From an uncultured bacterium (GTDB lineage Bacteria > Fermentibacterota > Fermentibacteria > Fermentibacterales > JCC-6), in assembly GCA_965371785.1 (NCBI GenBank), contig CBDUZS010000004.1, forward strand, positions 1,963 to 65,962: a stretch of 64,000 nt of DNA, read 5' to 3'. A program made the position numbers and the translations under genes. Below, one piece after another: positions 1-9,971 of the stretch (positions within the stretch are counted from its first letter, which is position 1; every line of letters starts with the position of its first letter). A model generated the notes under the pieces. It did not search any database. It saw nothing but the letters and a program-made list of their open reading frames with translations, and was not told the DNA's origin.

Positions 1-1078
1 TCTCGTAACGATCAGGAAGAAAGCCAGATACGTTAGCCTGATCGATTGCATCGGATGCGGAATGTGCTACGAAGTGTGCCCGGTGTCACTGGAGAATGAG
101 TGGGAAGAATGCCTGATCGAAAAGAAAGCCATCTACATCCCATGTTCCGGAGCGCTTCCCAACGTACCGGTCATCGATTCGGAGCACTGTCTGCACCTGT
201 CCGGGTCGGAAGACTGCAACCTGTGTGTGGAATCCTGTGCTTTCGAGGCCATCAACCTGGATGACACTGATGAGCTGAGAGAGATAGGAGTCGGAGCAGT
301 CATACTGGCGACAGGCTCTGAGACCGTTGATCTGTCCCTGTTCCCCAATCTCGGGTACGGCAGACTTCCAGGGGTTTTCTCACCGCTCGAATTCGAGAGG
401 CTGTTCGCTTCCAACGGACCTACTCTTGGTGAAATAAGGCTTAGAAACTCAGAAGATGCTCCCCGCAGCGTTGCAATCATTCATTGCGTGGGGCGCACGA
501 TGCAGGAATACTGCTCTGCGGTCTGCTGCATGTACGCTTTCAAGTTCGTTCACTTCCTGAAGCAGAAGATCCCCGGAATCAGCATAAGTAACGTTTTCAC
601 GGATGTATGCGTTCCGGGAAAGAGCTATCAGACGTTCTACAGTGGCGTCTCACACGAAGACACGAAGATGCTGTACGCTTCCTCCATCGAGAACGTGCAC
701 GTCTCCGAGAGCGGTGACGGTCTGAAGGTGACCTATCCGGACGAATCGAGTGTAACCCGGGAACTCTCCGTCGACATGGTGATACTGACCGCAGCCATCG
801 TTCCCGACCCGGGACTTGTTGAACTCGCGAGTGTGGCAGGAGTCGAACTGGATTCTCACGGATTCGTCAGAACTGCAGCAAACACATCAGGGAGTACCGA
901 AACCTCCCGGAGGGGTGTATTCGCCGCGGGAACGGTCGAAGGGCCCAAGGATATCCAGATATCGGTCATCCAGGCGGAATCGGCAGCGGGAGAGGCAATG
1001 GCCATGCTGACTGAAGTAGCTGCAGGCAAGCTCGAAGCCGCTGATCACTCGGAAAGGATGGCGACTTGTCCGAAGTGA
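1..1078 (+). CDS. HdrA-like flavoprotein, 5'-truncated at window edge (FAD/thioredoxin-reductase-like region plus inserted 2x[4Fe-4S] ferredoxin part of a '1.5x HdrA')
   Basis: Frame 2 is open from nt 2 with no stop before the track's ATG at 62, so the gene starts upstream of the window. It carries the motifs CIGCGMCYEVCP and SEDCNLCVESCAF. IHCVGRT..CSAVCCMYAF parallels FIQCVGSRDE..CSSACCMFAI of the paralog at 5529..8588. It is collinear with roughly residues 110-440 of that paralog. Stop TGA at 1076-1078. Confidence 0.8.
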   Translation, partial: LVTIRKKARYVSLIDCIGCGMCYEVCPVSLENEWEECLIEKKAIYIPCSGALPNVPVIDSEHCLHLSGSEDCNLCVESCAFEAINLDDTDELREIGVGAVILATGSETVDLSLFPNLGYGRLPGVFSPLEFERLFASNGPTLGEIRLRNSEDAPRSVAIIHCVGRTMQEYCSAVCCMYAFKFVHFLKQKIPGISISNVFTDVCVPGKSYQTFYSGVSHEDTKMLYASSIENVHVSESGDGLKVTYPDESSVTRELSVDMVILTAAIVPDPGLVELASVAGVELDSHGFVRTAANTSGSTETSRRGVFAAGTVEGPKDIQISVIQAESAAGEAMAMLTEVAAGKLEAADHSERMATCPK

Positions 1079-1092
1079 GCCGGGACAGGCAG

Positions 1093-2778
1093 ATGAAGGC
1101 AAAAGTAGGGATCTACGTATGTGAATGCGGACCGAATATTTCGGAGAAGGTCGACATGGACCGCATTCTTGCCGAACTGTCCGAACTCGGTGATTACAAG
1201 GATATCGAACTCGTGGTGAAAAAATACGGCTTCCTCTGCTCAGGTCAGGGGCAGCAGTTCCTCGAGGAAGAGATAGCTGGCAACGGCTTCACGCATCTGG
1301 TCATCGGAGCCTGCTCCCCCAGGGATCATGACTCCACGTTCATGGGTGTATGCGGGAAGGCCGATCTCAATCCCTATCTCTACAAGCTCGTCAACATCCG
1401 AGAGCACTGCACCTGGGTCATCGACGATATCGAAAAGGCAACTGACAAAGCGATCACCTACATCCACGCAGGCATATCCAGAGTACTGCATCAGACAGAG
1501 CTTTTCGAGAAGCCGTTTGACATCAATCCTGACACTCTCGTGATCGGAGGCGGAATCACAGGTCTGGAAGCCGCCCTGTCCCTTTCAAGCGATTCCAGGA
1601 GAGTATTCCTCGTCGAGAAGGGCGACAGGCTGGGCGGCAGGGCCGGTTCTCTCGCGGGAATGTCTTTTGATCAGTCTGAGGGTGCCGATTTCATCTCCGA
1701 CAGGGTCGATTCAGTGAACGGAGACCGGAACATCACTGTCCTGCTGAACACTGAAGTCAGTAAGGTGATTGGTTTTCTGGGCAACTTCGAGATCGAGCTC
1801 TCCACGGGAGAAGGCGGCGGACCGAAAGACATCATGGTCGGTGCTATCGTAACCGCAACCGGCTGCATGCTGTACGACCCCTCTGAAGATGACCACTTCA
1901 GCTACTCCGGGTCAGACGAGGTGTATACATCAGAGAGTATGGGAACGATGTTCGCCGAAGAGGGCAGGATTGAACTCGCTTCAGGAGAACAACCTTCATC
2001 GGTTGCACTTGTTCACTGCGTGGGCCGGAACGACAGGAATTACTGCTCAGGCATCTGCTGCGGCTACATGATGAGACTGGCAGGTCTCTTCAGGCAGCAG
2101 TCCCCGGAAATTGAAATTACGGAGTTCTACCGGGATATCTGTCTTCCCGGCAAGAACGGTTCGGACACACTCCGAGCCGCCGAAAGTGCAGGAGTCTCAT
2201 TCGTGCGTGTCAAGGATATTCAACTGAACGGCACGTGCATTTCCTTCGAAGAAATCGATGGTCAGTCGAAGGATCGAACCTTCGACATGGTCGTCCTGGC
2301 GCCTGCGCTCATCCCGTCGACGGATGCTGGAGACCTTGCGGAACTCCTCGGGATCTCCCTCGATGAAACCGGTTTCTTTGTAGAAGCTCACAGGATGATC
2401 AATCCCTCTGGAACCTCAACCGATGGAGTTTTCGTTGCCGGGACAGCACACGGCCCCTCGGGTCTTGTCGATTCAATGCGTTTTGCCCGTGCAGCTGCGG
2501 GCCAGATACTCACACGGCTCATCCCGGGGGAGAAACTGATTCCAGAGGTAATGGTCTCCGAAGTGATGGAAGCCTACTGTACGGGTTGCGGAAATTGTCT
2601 TGATGTCTGCGTTTACGGTGCTATCTATGCCGATGACTCGAAGGGTGTTTCCGTCGTTAACGAAGCAGTCTGCAGGGGGTGCGGCAACTGTTTCGGGAGC
2701 TGTCCGTCCGGAGCACTCCGGACAAAGCACTTTACAAACGCACAGATCTACCGTGAAGTCGATGAGGCTCTGAGATGA
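1093..2778 (+). CDS. HdrA-like module (N-terminal 4-Cys domain, FAD-binding Rossmann fold, C-terminal 2x[4Fe-4S] ferredoxin); second half of a split 1.5x HdrA
   Basis: The start is the ATG at 1093, not the track's TTG at 1066. KVGIYVCECGPNISEKV matches the HdrA N-terminal domain motif RVGVFVCHCGINIAG. LVIGGGITGLEAAL is a dinucleotide-binding motif. HCVGRNDRNYCSGICCGYM and CTGCGNC..CRGCGNCFGSCPSGA are present. It aligns with the C-terminal ~560 aa of the fused paralog at 5529..8588. Confidence 0.8.
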   Translation: MKAKVGIYVCECGPNISEKVDMDRILAELSELGDYKDIELVVKKYGFLCSGQGQQFLEEEIAGNGFTHLVIGACSPRDHDSTFMGVCGKADLNPYLYKLVNIREHCTWVIDDIEKATDKAITYIHAGISRVLHQTELFEKPFDINPDTLVIGGGITGLEAALSLSSDSRRVFLVEKGDRLGGRAGSLAGMSFDQSEGADFISDRVDSVNGDRNITVLLNTEVSKVIGFLGNFEIELSTGEGGGPKDIMVGAIVTATGCMLYDPSEDDHFSYSGSDEVYTSESMGTMFAEEGRIELASGEQPSSVALVHCVGRNDRNYCSGICCGYMMRLAGLFRQQSPEIEITEFYRDICLPGKNGSDTLRAAESAGVSFVRVKDIQLNGTCISFEEIDGQSKDRTFDMVVLAPALIPSTDAGDLAELLGISLDETGFFVEAHRMINPSGTSTDGVFVAGTAHGPSGLVDSMRFARAAAGQILTRLIPGEKLIPEVMVSEVMEAYCTGCGNCLDVCVYGAIYADDSKGVSVVNEAVCRGCGNCFGSCPSGALRTKHFTNAQIYREVDEALR

Positions 2779-2797
2779 TTCCGGAAAGGACCGTCAG

Positions 2798-3958
2798 ATG
2801 ACCTCTTCCGAACAGTCCGGAGCAGTGCTGCAGGCCAACACAGGAACCTGCAATGCGATACTGGATTTTCTCAGAGAACTTATACGGAACGGACAGGTTG
2901 ATTCAGTGCTGCTCCCTGTGAGAGTACCCTCCGGTGATTCCTTTGCCTGGATTCTCACCGACGACGATTCGGTTCTTGCAGAAGCATCGCCGATTGCTCC
3001 GGTAATGCCGGTGCAGGGGGCGAGAGCCCTCCGGAGCCTGACCAGGAAGGGCGTGGGTAAGCAAAAGATCCTGGCCCTCATGAGACCCTGCGAGATCAGG
3101 GCAGCAATAGAACTCGTCAAACTGGGGCAGGTGCACACGGACAACCTCATACTTGCCAGCTTCGACTGCCCCGGCGCAATGCCCCTGAAGGATTACATGA
3201 ACGAACCGGGGGAAAGTGATCGAAATTTTTCGAAAATTCTGGAGACCGGCGAGCAGGACGGCCAAGTCAGACCAGTCTGTGAAACCTGTATTGAATTCTC
3301 CCGGGTGGGTTCGGACATCCATTTCTGTCACCTGGGGCTTGCTAATGAAAAAGTACTGGCTATACCCGGAAGCACCAGAGGTGAGGAACTGCTTGGCGGC
3401 TCTCTGTCCGACGTGTCTGGTGACGTTTCGCTATGGCAGAAGGAAGTGGACAGGCTCCGGAAGAACCGGTCTGCAGCTCTTGAGATTGCATTCGCTGCGA
3501 CGGGAGACGACATCAGGGGCTTTTCGGGAATGCAATCCGTTTTCGCTGACTGTATCGGCTGCCATAACTGCCAGAGTGCCTGCCCTATCTGCTATTGCAG
3601 GCTCTGCTACTTCGACTCGGAAACGGCTGGTCAGGATCCCGATGCTTTAATGGCTTCAGCCGCCAGGCGGGGAGGAATTTCCCTTCCGGTGGACAGAATC
3701 ATGTTCCATACCGGGAGAATGGCACACATGAGCCTCTCCTGCGTTTCATGCGGACAGTGTACGGATGTCTGTCCTGTTTCCATTCCCGTCGCAAATGTCT
3801 TCAGCTACGTAGCCGATCAAACGCAGCGAGCTTTCGAATACAGAGCAGGAGGAGACGCAGATGCTCCACTGCCTCTCCGGGAATTCAGGAAATCGGAACT
3901 GCAGGGAATTCAGGAGCTCGTCAAAGATGCCGGTCCGGAGGTTTCAACCGATGAGTAG
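2798..3958 (+). CDS. Fe-S flavoprotein subunit of the FlxB/FlxC - HydB/AsrA - FrhB-like family
   Basis: ATG at 2798. Cys clusters CIGCHNCQSACPICYC and CVSCGQCTDVCP. The N-terminal segment resembles the FrhB/FdhB N-domain (ILDFLRELIRNGQVDSVLLPV). It is a paralog of 3951..5039, 9001..9966 and 9972..11003. The family assignment comes from motif recognition only. Confidence 0.6.
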   Translation: MTSSEQSGAVLQANTGTCNAILDFLRELIRNGQVDSVLLPVRVPSGDSFAWILTDDDSVLAEASPIAPVMPVQGARALRSLTRKGVGKQKILALMRPCEIRAAIELVKLGQVHTDNLILASFDCPGAMPLKDYMNEPGESDRNFSKILETGEQDGQVRPVCETCIEFSRVGSDIHFCHLGLANEKVLAIPGSTRGEELLGGSLSDVSGDVSLWQKEVDRLRKNRSAALEIAFAATGDDIRGFSGMQSVFADCIGCHNCQSACPICYCRLCYFDSETAGQDPDALMASAARRGGISLPVDRIMFHTGRMAHMSLSCVSCGQCTDVCPVSIPVANVFSYVADQTQRAFEYRAGGDADAPLPLREFRKSELQGIQELVKDAGPEVSTDE

Positions 3959-5039
3959 CATTATCCTGGATATGGGAGTTTCAGAGGGAGTGACAGAACT
4001 CCTGCGCTACCTTCTCGACAGCGGCAAGGTGGACGGTGTCCTGACGACGAGGAGAATACCAGGTTCCTTTGACCTTGCTCTGATAACCGACTCATCGAAC
4101 CTCTCCGAAGCCGATCCTCTTGCACCGGTCATGACCGTGAACGCCGGACAGCCGCTGTCCTCAATCTCGTTCTCCGGCAAAAAGCTTGCAGCGGTTCTCA
4201 AACCCTGTGAGCTTCGGGCTTTTTGCGAGAGAGTGAAACGGGAGCAGGGCTCATTCGAGAATCTCCTGATAATCTCTTACACTTGCGGTGGTGTCTTCCC
4301 CCTGGAGAAGGTTGCGGCAGGTCAGATCGAAGAGCTGATGCCCGGGTACAGCGAAACCGTTTCGAAGGACGGAATACCTGACGGCACAAGAGACACGTGC
4401 AGGATCTGCGAGCATCCCATCCCGATCAATTCAGACATCACTGTATCAGTGGTAGGTGAAAGGGATCTCGACGGCAAATGCGTGATGTATCTCAATTCCG
4501 GGAAAGCTGAGGTTTACACAAAAGGTTTCAACGGAGAGCGGAACGGGCAGGAGTTCGATCCCGCCATACTGGAAAAGACTCTTGCCGCCAGGAGAAGCGG
4601 TAAGGAAGACCTGTTCGCTTCGATGAGCGAAACCAGCGGCGGACTCGATGGACTGCTGGACCTGTTCGGAAAATGTGTGGGATGTCACGGCTGCAGCAGA
4701 GTGTGCCCGATATGCTACTGTCTTCTCTGCGATTTCGAATCGTCCAATTTCGACTACAGCCTGTCCAACTGTGAAGAATACCTTTCGCGGAAAGGCGCGT
4801 TGCGGCTGCCTCCCGATACGATACTTTTTCATCTGGGCAGGCTGACTCACATGAGCTTCTCCTGCGTGGGGTGCGGCATGTGTTCAGACGTGTGCCCGGT
4901 GGACATTCCGGTTGCGACCGTTTTCAGTAAAACCGGGGAAAAGACGAGTGCGCTATTCGATTATCTGCCCGGAGGAGACATCGAAGAACCAGTCCCTGTC
5001 ATGGTGTTCAGGGAAGAGGAACTGTCAGATCTAGGATAA
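3951..5039 (+). CDS. Fe-S flavoprotein subunit, FlxB/FlxC - HydB/AsrA - FrhB-like family (tandem paralog)
   Basis: The start is ATG 3951 (MSSIILDMG) with GGAGG 9 nt upstream, overlapping the previous stop at 3956-3958. The track start at 3861 lies inside the upstream gene and is rejected. Motifs CVGCHGCSRVCPICYC and CVGCGMCSDVCPVDIP. The N-terminal VTELLRYLLDSGKVDGVL is FrhB-like. Confidence 0.6.
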   Translation: MSSIILDMGVSEGVTELLRYLLDSGKVDGVLTTRRIPGSFDLALITDSSNLSEADPLAPVMTVNAGQPLSSISFSGKKLAAVLKPCELRAFCERVKREQGSFENLLIISYTCGGVFPLEKVAAGQIEELMPGYSETVSKDGIPDGTRDTCRICEHPIPINSDITVSVVGERDLDGKCVMYLNSGKAEVYTKGFNGERNGQEFDPAILEKTLAARRSGKEDLFASMSETSGGLDGLLDLFGKCVGCHGCSRVCPICYCLLCDFESSNFDYSLSNCEEYLSRKGALRLPPDTILFHLGRLTHMSFSCVGCGMCSDVCPVDIPVATVFSKTGEKTSALFDYLPGGDIEEPVPVMVFREEELSDLG

Positions 5040-5073
5040 GCCGAGTGTACGGCGGATCCTGTAGGAGCCTGAT

Positions 5074-5499
5074 ATGAAGAAGGAATTCAACCCCAGGATA
5101 ACCAGTTTTCTGTGTAAGTGGTGTTCTTACACGGGAGCGGACCTGGCTGGTACCAGCAGACTGCAGTATCCGACATCGATCATCCCCCTGATGGTGATGT
5201 GCTCCAGCAGGGTCGATCCGATTTTTCTCATCAAGGCGTTCCTGAACGGTTCCGATGGTGTCATGCTCGGAGGTTGTCACCCTGGAGACTGTCACTACGA
5301 AACAGGCAACTACCATGCGAGAAGAAGATTTGCGATCGTGAAGAGTGTTTTCGAATCCCTCGGGCTCGAGGCTGACAGGCTGAAGTTATCCTGGATATCC
5401 GCATCGGAGGGGCCGAAATTCGCCCGGGTTGCCAACGAGTTCACCGAAGAGATCATCAGGCTCGGCGAGAATCCGACACGTAAGAACATTTTCCTGTGA
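5074..5499 (+). CDS. mvhD: MvhD/FlxD-type [2Fe-2S] electron-transfer subunit (methyl-viologen-reducing hydrogenase delta subunit family)
   Basis: Hallmark CKWCSYTGADLAG ... CSSRVDP ... GCHPGDCHY motifs. AGGAG RBS before ATG 5074. 141 aa. Confidence 0.85.
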   Translation: MKKEFNPRITSFLCKWCSYTGADLAGTSRLQYPTSIIPLMVMCSSRVDPIFLIKAFLNGSDGVMLGGCHPGDCHYETGNYHARRRFAIVKSVFESLGLEADRLKLSWISASEGPKFARVANEFTEEIIRLGENPTRKNIFL

Positions 5500-5528
5500 A
5501 AGAGGCTGACAGTGCGGCGGAGGAGCTG

Positions 5529-8500
5529 ATGGAAAACTGCAGTAACACGGTTCTCGTGCTTGGCGCCGGCATCGCGGGAATACAGGCTGCTCTGGATCTC
5601 GCGGAGATGGGAGCGGAGGTGCACCTCGTCGAGGATACACCCACTATTGGCGGAAGAATGCCGCAACTCGACAAGACGTTCCCGACAAATGACTGCTCCG
5701 TATGCATACTCGCTCCAAAGATGACCGAGTGCATCAGGCACCCGCTCATCAAGCTGCACGTGCTGTCCAGCCTCGAGGAGATATCGGGTTCGCCGGGGAA
5801 TTTCAGATGCAGGATAATCGAACGGGCAAAGTACGTTGATCCAGTCAAATGCGTATCCTGCGGCCTCTGTGAGGAGAAGTGCCCCGTAAAGCTCGATGAC
5901 GAATTCGATGCCGGACTCCGGAAAACGAAAGCCATCTCACGCTACTTCCTCCAGAGCGTTCCTTCCGAGTACACGATCAACCCCGAACATTGCCTCTACC
6001 TTACAAAGGGAGTCTGCAGACTCTGCGAAAAGGTCTGTCCGGCAGATGCGATAAACTTCGAGGATCAGGACAGGGAGATCGAAATTCTGGCTGGTGCAGT
6101 CATCCTCGCGACAGGTATCGATCCATTCGATCCAATTGGCTTCGGTCACTTCGGATACCACAGGTACAGCAACGTCGTAACCTCTCTCGAATTCGAGCGT
6201 ATGCTCTCCGCATCGGGCCCATTCGGCGGACACGTAGTGAAAGCGTCAGACGGCAAGCCGCCTAAAAGGCTGGCCTTCATCCAGTGTGTCGGTTCGAGGG
6301 ACGAGGGTATCGACAGGAACTACTGTTCGTCCGCCTGCTGCATGTTCGCCATAAAGCAGTCCATAATAGCAAGGGAACACAGCAGGGACCTGGAAGCAAC
6401 GATCTTCTACATGGACATAAGGGCTTTCGGCAAGGATTTCGACAGGTATTACGACAAGGCCGAGAAGCAGTACGGCGTAAGCTTCAAGAGATCCAGAGTA
6501 GCCGATATCATTGAGCTTCCGGACGGCAGCCTGAAACTGAAGTACACATTCGAGAACGGCGACATACAGTACGAAGTCTTCGACATGGTCGTTCTCTCGA
6601 TCGGTCTCGAACCCCGCAGTATCAACAGGAAACTGTCGAAGATCCTGGATGTGAAGCTGAACCGATTCGGGTTCTGCAGATCGAACACCTTCAGCCCTCT
6701 CAGCACCACCAGGGAGGGTGTGTTCGTATGCGGTGCAATGAACGGACCGAAAGATATCCCCGAGTCTGTGATATCCGCGTCAGGCGCTGTCGCGAATGCC
6801 GCCAGGTTCCTCGGGCTCGAAAGGCAGACCATTTCGACCGATGAAAAGACAATCGAAAAGGATGTTGCCGGGGAGAGACCCAGGGTCGGTGTGTTCGTGT
6901 GCCACTGCGGCATAAACATCGCTGGTGTCGTGGACGTGAAGGACGTAGCCGGTTACGCTGCCGGTCTCTACAATGTCGAACACTCCGAAGATGTAGTCTA
7001 CGCATGCTCTACCGATTGCCTGGAGACGATAAAGCAGCGTATCGAAGAGCATGATCTGAACAGGATTGTCGTCGCAGCCTGCACACCCAGGACCCACGAA
7101 CCTCTGTTCAGGGATACGATCAGTGAAGCCGGGCTGAACCCCTACCTGTTCGAGATGTCCAACATCCGTGACCAGTGCTCATGGGCGCACATGGACGAAC
7201 CAGAACTGGCAACGACAAAATCCAGGGATCTCGTGGAGATGGCTGTTGCCAAAGCGCGTGGTCTTGTTCCTTTGCAGAGACTTCCAATAGAGATCGATCC
7301 CGAAGCTCTTGTCATCGGCGGCGGGCTCTCCGGAATGACGGCGGCACTGGCCGTAGCGGATGCCGGGTACGAAGTCTTCCTGGTCGAGCGGGAAAACGTG
7401 CTCGGTGGCAATATGAGGGACATCTTCTTCAGTTTCGACGGGTCAGACCCCCAGCAGATTCTTACCGAAACCATCGAGAAAGTGCTTTCTCATGATAGGA
7501 TCAATGTATTTCTAGACAGCGAGATAACGGACATCTCCGGATACGTCGGGAACTTTCTCACCTCCCTCGTGAAGGGAGACGGATCGAGTGAAGAATTCAC
7601 CCATGGGGCAGTCATCGTAGCCACAGGCGGTGTACGCCACGAGACGGAGGATTACCTCTACGGTGAATCGAGTCGTGTGATCACTCAAATGGAATTCGAG
7701 CGGATGCTCCATGACAAGGCCTTTCCCGAAGGCCGGCTGCGGAATGTTGTAATGGTACAGTGCGTAGGTTCCAGAGAAGAAGGACGGATGTACTGCAGCC
7801 GTATCTGCTGTTCAAAGGCGGTAAAGAACGCCCTGGAACTGAAAAAGCGCAGGCGTAACACGAATATTTACTTCGCCTGCAGGGACATCAGAACCTATGG
7901 ATTCAGCGAGGAGTTCTATACGAGACTGCGGAACGAGGGAACACTGTTCTTCCGTTACACGCCCGAACGCAAGCCGCTCGTGAAGATGATCCAGCCGGAT
8001 GATCCGGACAGCAGGCTGAGGGTAACAGTCTTCGACTCCGTGCTGGAGGAGGAAGTCGTCATTGACGCCGACCTGCTGGTCCTGGCGACGGCTATCGACG
8101 CCCCGGAGGGGAACAGAAAGCTTGGTCAGATGCTCAAGGTACCGCTAAATTCCGACGGGCTGTTCCTGGAAGCACACGTGAAACTGCGCCCCGTTGACTT
8201 TGCCACCGAGGGTATTTTCGTCTGCGGGCTTGCCCACGGCCCCAAGGATATGAGTGAATCAATCGCCCAGTCCCTTGCGGCAGCCGCCAGGGCACTGACC
8301 TTCCTGTCGAAGAGGTCCATACTCGCCGAGGGTACCATTGCCCAGGTAAGGACTGACAGATGCTCCGGGTGCGGTTACTGCGAATCAGCATGCGCTTACT
8401 CAGCCATTGAAATCGATCCTGAAGAAAGCGTAGCCGTTATAAACGATGCACTTTGCAAGGGGTGTGGTGCGTGCGTCGCTTCATGCAGGTGTGGTGCTCT

Positions 8501-8588
8501 CGATCTTCGCGGATTCACCAACGATCAGCTCTTCTCGGTGTTCGATTCGCTTTCCATGGAGACTGTTGAGGGGAAAACAGCCGAATGA
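5529..8588 (+). CDS. hdrA: Fused 1.5x HdrA-like flavoprotein (FAD domain with DCSVC motif, inserted ferredoxin, then a second unit: 4-Cys N-domain, second FAD motif, C-terminal ferredoxin)
   Basis: The start is probably ATG 5529 (MENCSNT), with GGAGGAG 5 nt upstream. The track's GTG 5496 overlaps the mvhD stop and remains an alternative. Motifs in order: [19 protein letters not shown]; LDKTFPTNDCSVCILAPKM; CVSCGLCEEKCPV; FIQCVGSRDEG..CCMFAIKQ; RVGVFVCHCGINIAG; LVIGGGLSGMTAALAV; VQCVGSREEGRMYCSRICC; CSGCGYCESACAYSA..CKGCGACVASC. Confidence 0.85.
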   Translation: MENCSNTVLVLGAGIAGIQAALDLAEMGAEVHLVEDTPTIGGRMPQLDKTFPTNDCSVCILAPKMTECIRHPLIKLHVLSSLEEISGSPGNFRCRIIERAKYVDPVKCVSCGLCEEKCPVKLDDEFDAGLRKTKAISRYFLQSVPSEYTINPEHCLYLTKGVCRLCEKVCPADAINFEDQDREIEILAGAVILATGIDPFDPIGFGHFGYHRYSNVVTSLEFERMLSASGPFGGHVVKASDGKPPKRLAFIQCVGSRDEGIDRNYCSSACCMFAIKQSIIAREHSRDLEATIFYMDIRAFGKDFDRYYDKAEKQYGVSFKRSRVADIIELPDGSLKLKYTFENGDIQYEVFDMVVLSIGLEPRSINRKLSKILDVKLNRFGFCRSNTFSPLSTTREGVFVCGAMNGPKDIPESVISASGAVANAARFLGLERQTISTDEKTIEKDVAGERPRVGVFVCHCGINIAGVVDVKDVAGYAAGLYNVEHSEDVVYACSTDCLETIKQRIEEHDLNRIVVAACTPRTHEPLFRDTISEAGLNPYLFEMSNIRDQCSWAHMDEPELATTKSRDLVEMAVAKARGLVPLQRLPIEIDPEALVIGGGLSGMTAALAVADAGYEVFLVERENVLGGNMRDIFFSFDGSDPQQILTETIEKVLSHDRINVFLDSEITDISGYVGNFLTSLVKGDGSSEEFTHGAVIVATGGVRHETEDYLYGESSRVITQMEFERMLHDKAFPEGRLRNVVMVQCVGSREEGRMYCSRICCSKAVKNALELKKRRRNTNIYFACRDIRTYGFSEEFYTRLRNEGTLFFRYTPERKPLVKMIQPDDPDSRLRVTVFDSVLEEEVVIDADLLVLATAIDAPEGNRKLGQMLKVPLNSDGLFLEAHVKLRPVDFATEGIFVCGLAHGPKDMSESIAQSLAAAARALTFLSKRSILAEGTIAQVRTDRCSGCGYCESACAYSAIEIDPEESVAVINDALCKGCGACVASCRCGALDLRGFTNDQLFSVFDSLSMETVEGKTAE

Positions 8589-9004
8589 AAGAATGGCAGC
8601 CCAGAATACTCGCCATCCTGTGCAACTGGTGCTCGTATGCCGGCGCGGATCTTGCAGGTGTTTCGAGGATACAGTACCCCCCGAATATCCGGGTGGTGCG
8701 CGTTCCCTGTTCCGGGCGTGTAGACCCTCTTTTCGTGATGAAAAGCCTTTCTGCAGGATTCGACGGGGTGCTGATCTCCGGTTGCCATCCGGGTGATTGT
8801 CACTACATATCGGGCAACTACGTAGCGAGAAGGAAATTCGCCGTCCTGAACACAATCCTCGAATTCGTAGGGGTAGAGCCGGACCGGGTTCAGTTCTCCT
8901 GGATCTCTGCAGGAGAGGGTGAGCGATTCGCAGAAGTGGTGAGAAAGATAACCGAAGATGTCAGGGAACTGGGACCCTCGACCAGGCTGGTGAAGAAGGC
9001 ATGA
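8585..9004 (+). CDS. mvhD: MvhD/FlxD-type subunit
   Basis: CNWCSYAGADLAG, CSGRVDP and GCHPGDCHY motifs. The ATG overlaps the hdrA stop (ATGA). Confidence 0.85.
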   Translation: MKEWQPRILAILCNWCSYAGADLAGVSRIQYPPNIRVVRVPCSGRVDPLFVMKSLSAGFDGVLISGCHPGDCHYISGNYVARRKFAVLNTILEFVGVEPDRVQFSWISAGEGERFAEVVRKITEDVRELGPSTRLVKKA

Positions 9005-9966
9005 GTACTATGGAAGATCTTCGCAAAACCGTACGGGAGCTGCTCGCGGAGAATCGGATCGACCTTTTCATCGGATGGAAAAGCGGATCCCGCCCTCTGT
9101 CGGCAACACCTGTTTTCATCGACAACCCGGACGAGGCGGACGATCTCATTTTCGATATCACCTGCGGGAACAACCTGTCCGTTTTCTTCACGAAGGATAG
9201 AAAGCAGTTTACCGGGAAACGGATCGGAATCGCGGTAAAGGGCTGTGATGCAAGGTCACTTGTCCTGCATATCCTCGAGAAGCAGGTCGACCGCGAGAAC
9301 GTTGTAATAGTAGGAGTTCCATGCAATGGTGTGCTGGATCGAAAAAAAGTGCTCCGGAAGACTGACGGCAGGGAGATACTGGAACTGGAGGATTCAGGTT
9401 CGCAGATCGGTGTTACGGGCAACGGATTCGAACTCTCAATCAACCGCGAGGAGATACTGAGTTCGGCCTGTCTTACCTGTGTTCATCCCGACGCGAGGGA
9501 ATTCGATTTTTTCATGGGCGAGCCCAGGAAAGAAATTTCTGTAGAAGACAGGCTGAAAGAGGTGAGAGAATTCGAATCCCTGCCGGCTTCCCGGAGATGG
9601 GACCGGATGAAGCAGGAGTACGAGAAGTGCATACGCTGCTATGCCTGCAGGAATGTGTGCCCCTCATGCTACTGCAATGTGTGCTTCGTCGACCAGAACG
9701 ACCCGCGCTGGATAGGCAGCACCTGCGACTTCTCGGACACCATGATTTTTCATCTGATAAGAAACCTGCATGTGGCCGGGCGATGCGTTGAATGCGGCGC
9801 CTGCGAGAGAGCCTGTCCGATGGATATCAACCTCCTCCTTCTCAACAGGAAGGTAGCAGCCGAAGTGGAAACAAGATTCGGCGACGTAGCCGGTCTCGAT
9901 ATCGGCGGGAAACCGGCAATGGCTGACTACCGGGAAGACGAGAAGCAGGATTTCATAATGGGATAG
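9001..9966 (+). CDS. Fe-S subunit, FlxB/FlxC - HydB/AsrA-like family
   Basis: CIRCYACRNVCPSCYCNVC and CVECGACERACP clusters. The ATG overlaps the mvhD stop. It is a paralog of 2798..3958 and 9972..11003. Confidence 0.6.
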   Translation: MSTMEDLRKTVRELLAENRIDLFIGWKSGSRPLSATPVFIDNPDEADDLIFDITCGNNLSVFFTKDRKQFTGKRIGIAVKGCDARSLVLHILEKQVDRENVVIVGVPCNGVLDRKKVLRKTDGREILELEDSGSQIGVTGNGFELSINREEILSSACLTCVHPDAREFDFFMGEPRKEISVEDRLKEVREFESLPASRRWDRMKQEYEKCIRCYACRNVCPSCYCNVCFVDQNDPRWIGSTCDFSDTMIFHLIRNLHVAGRCVECGACERACPMDINLLLLNRKVAAEVETRFGDVAGLDIGGKPAMADYREDEKQDFIMG

Positions 9967-9971
9967 GGAGA

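Noticed and set aside
1066-1092. Apparent 13-nt overlap / frameshift between ORF 62..1078 and ORF 1066..2778
   Set aside because: The overlap comes from the ORF caller using a TTG at 1066. The conserved N-domain starts at ATG 1093, after the upstream stop at 1076-1078. These are two adjacent genes and not a frameshifted single gene, although a fission event is discussed in the findings.
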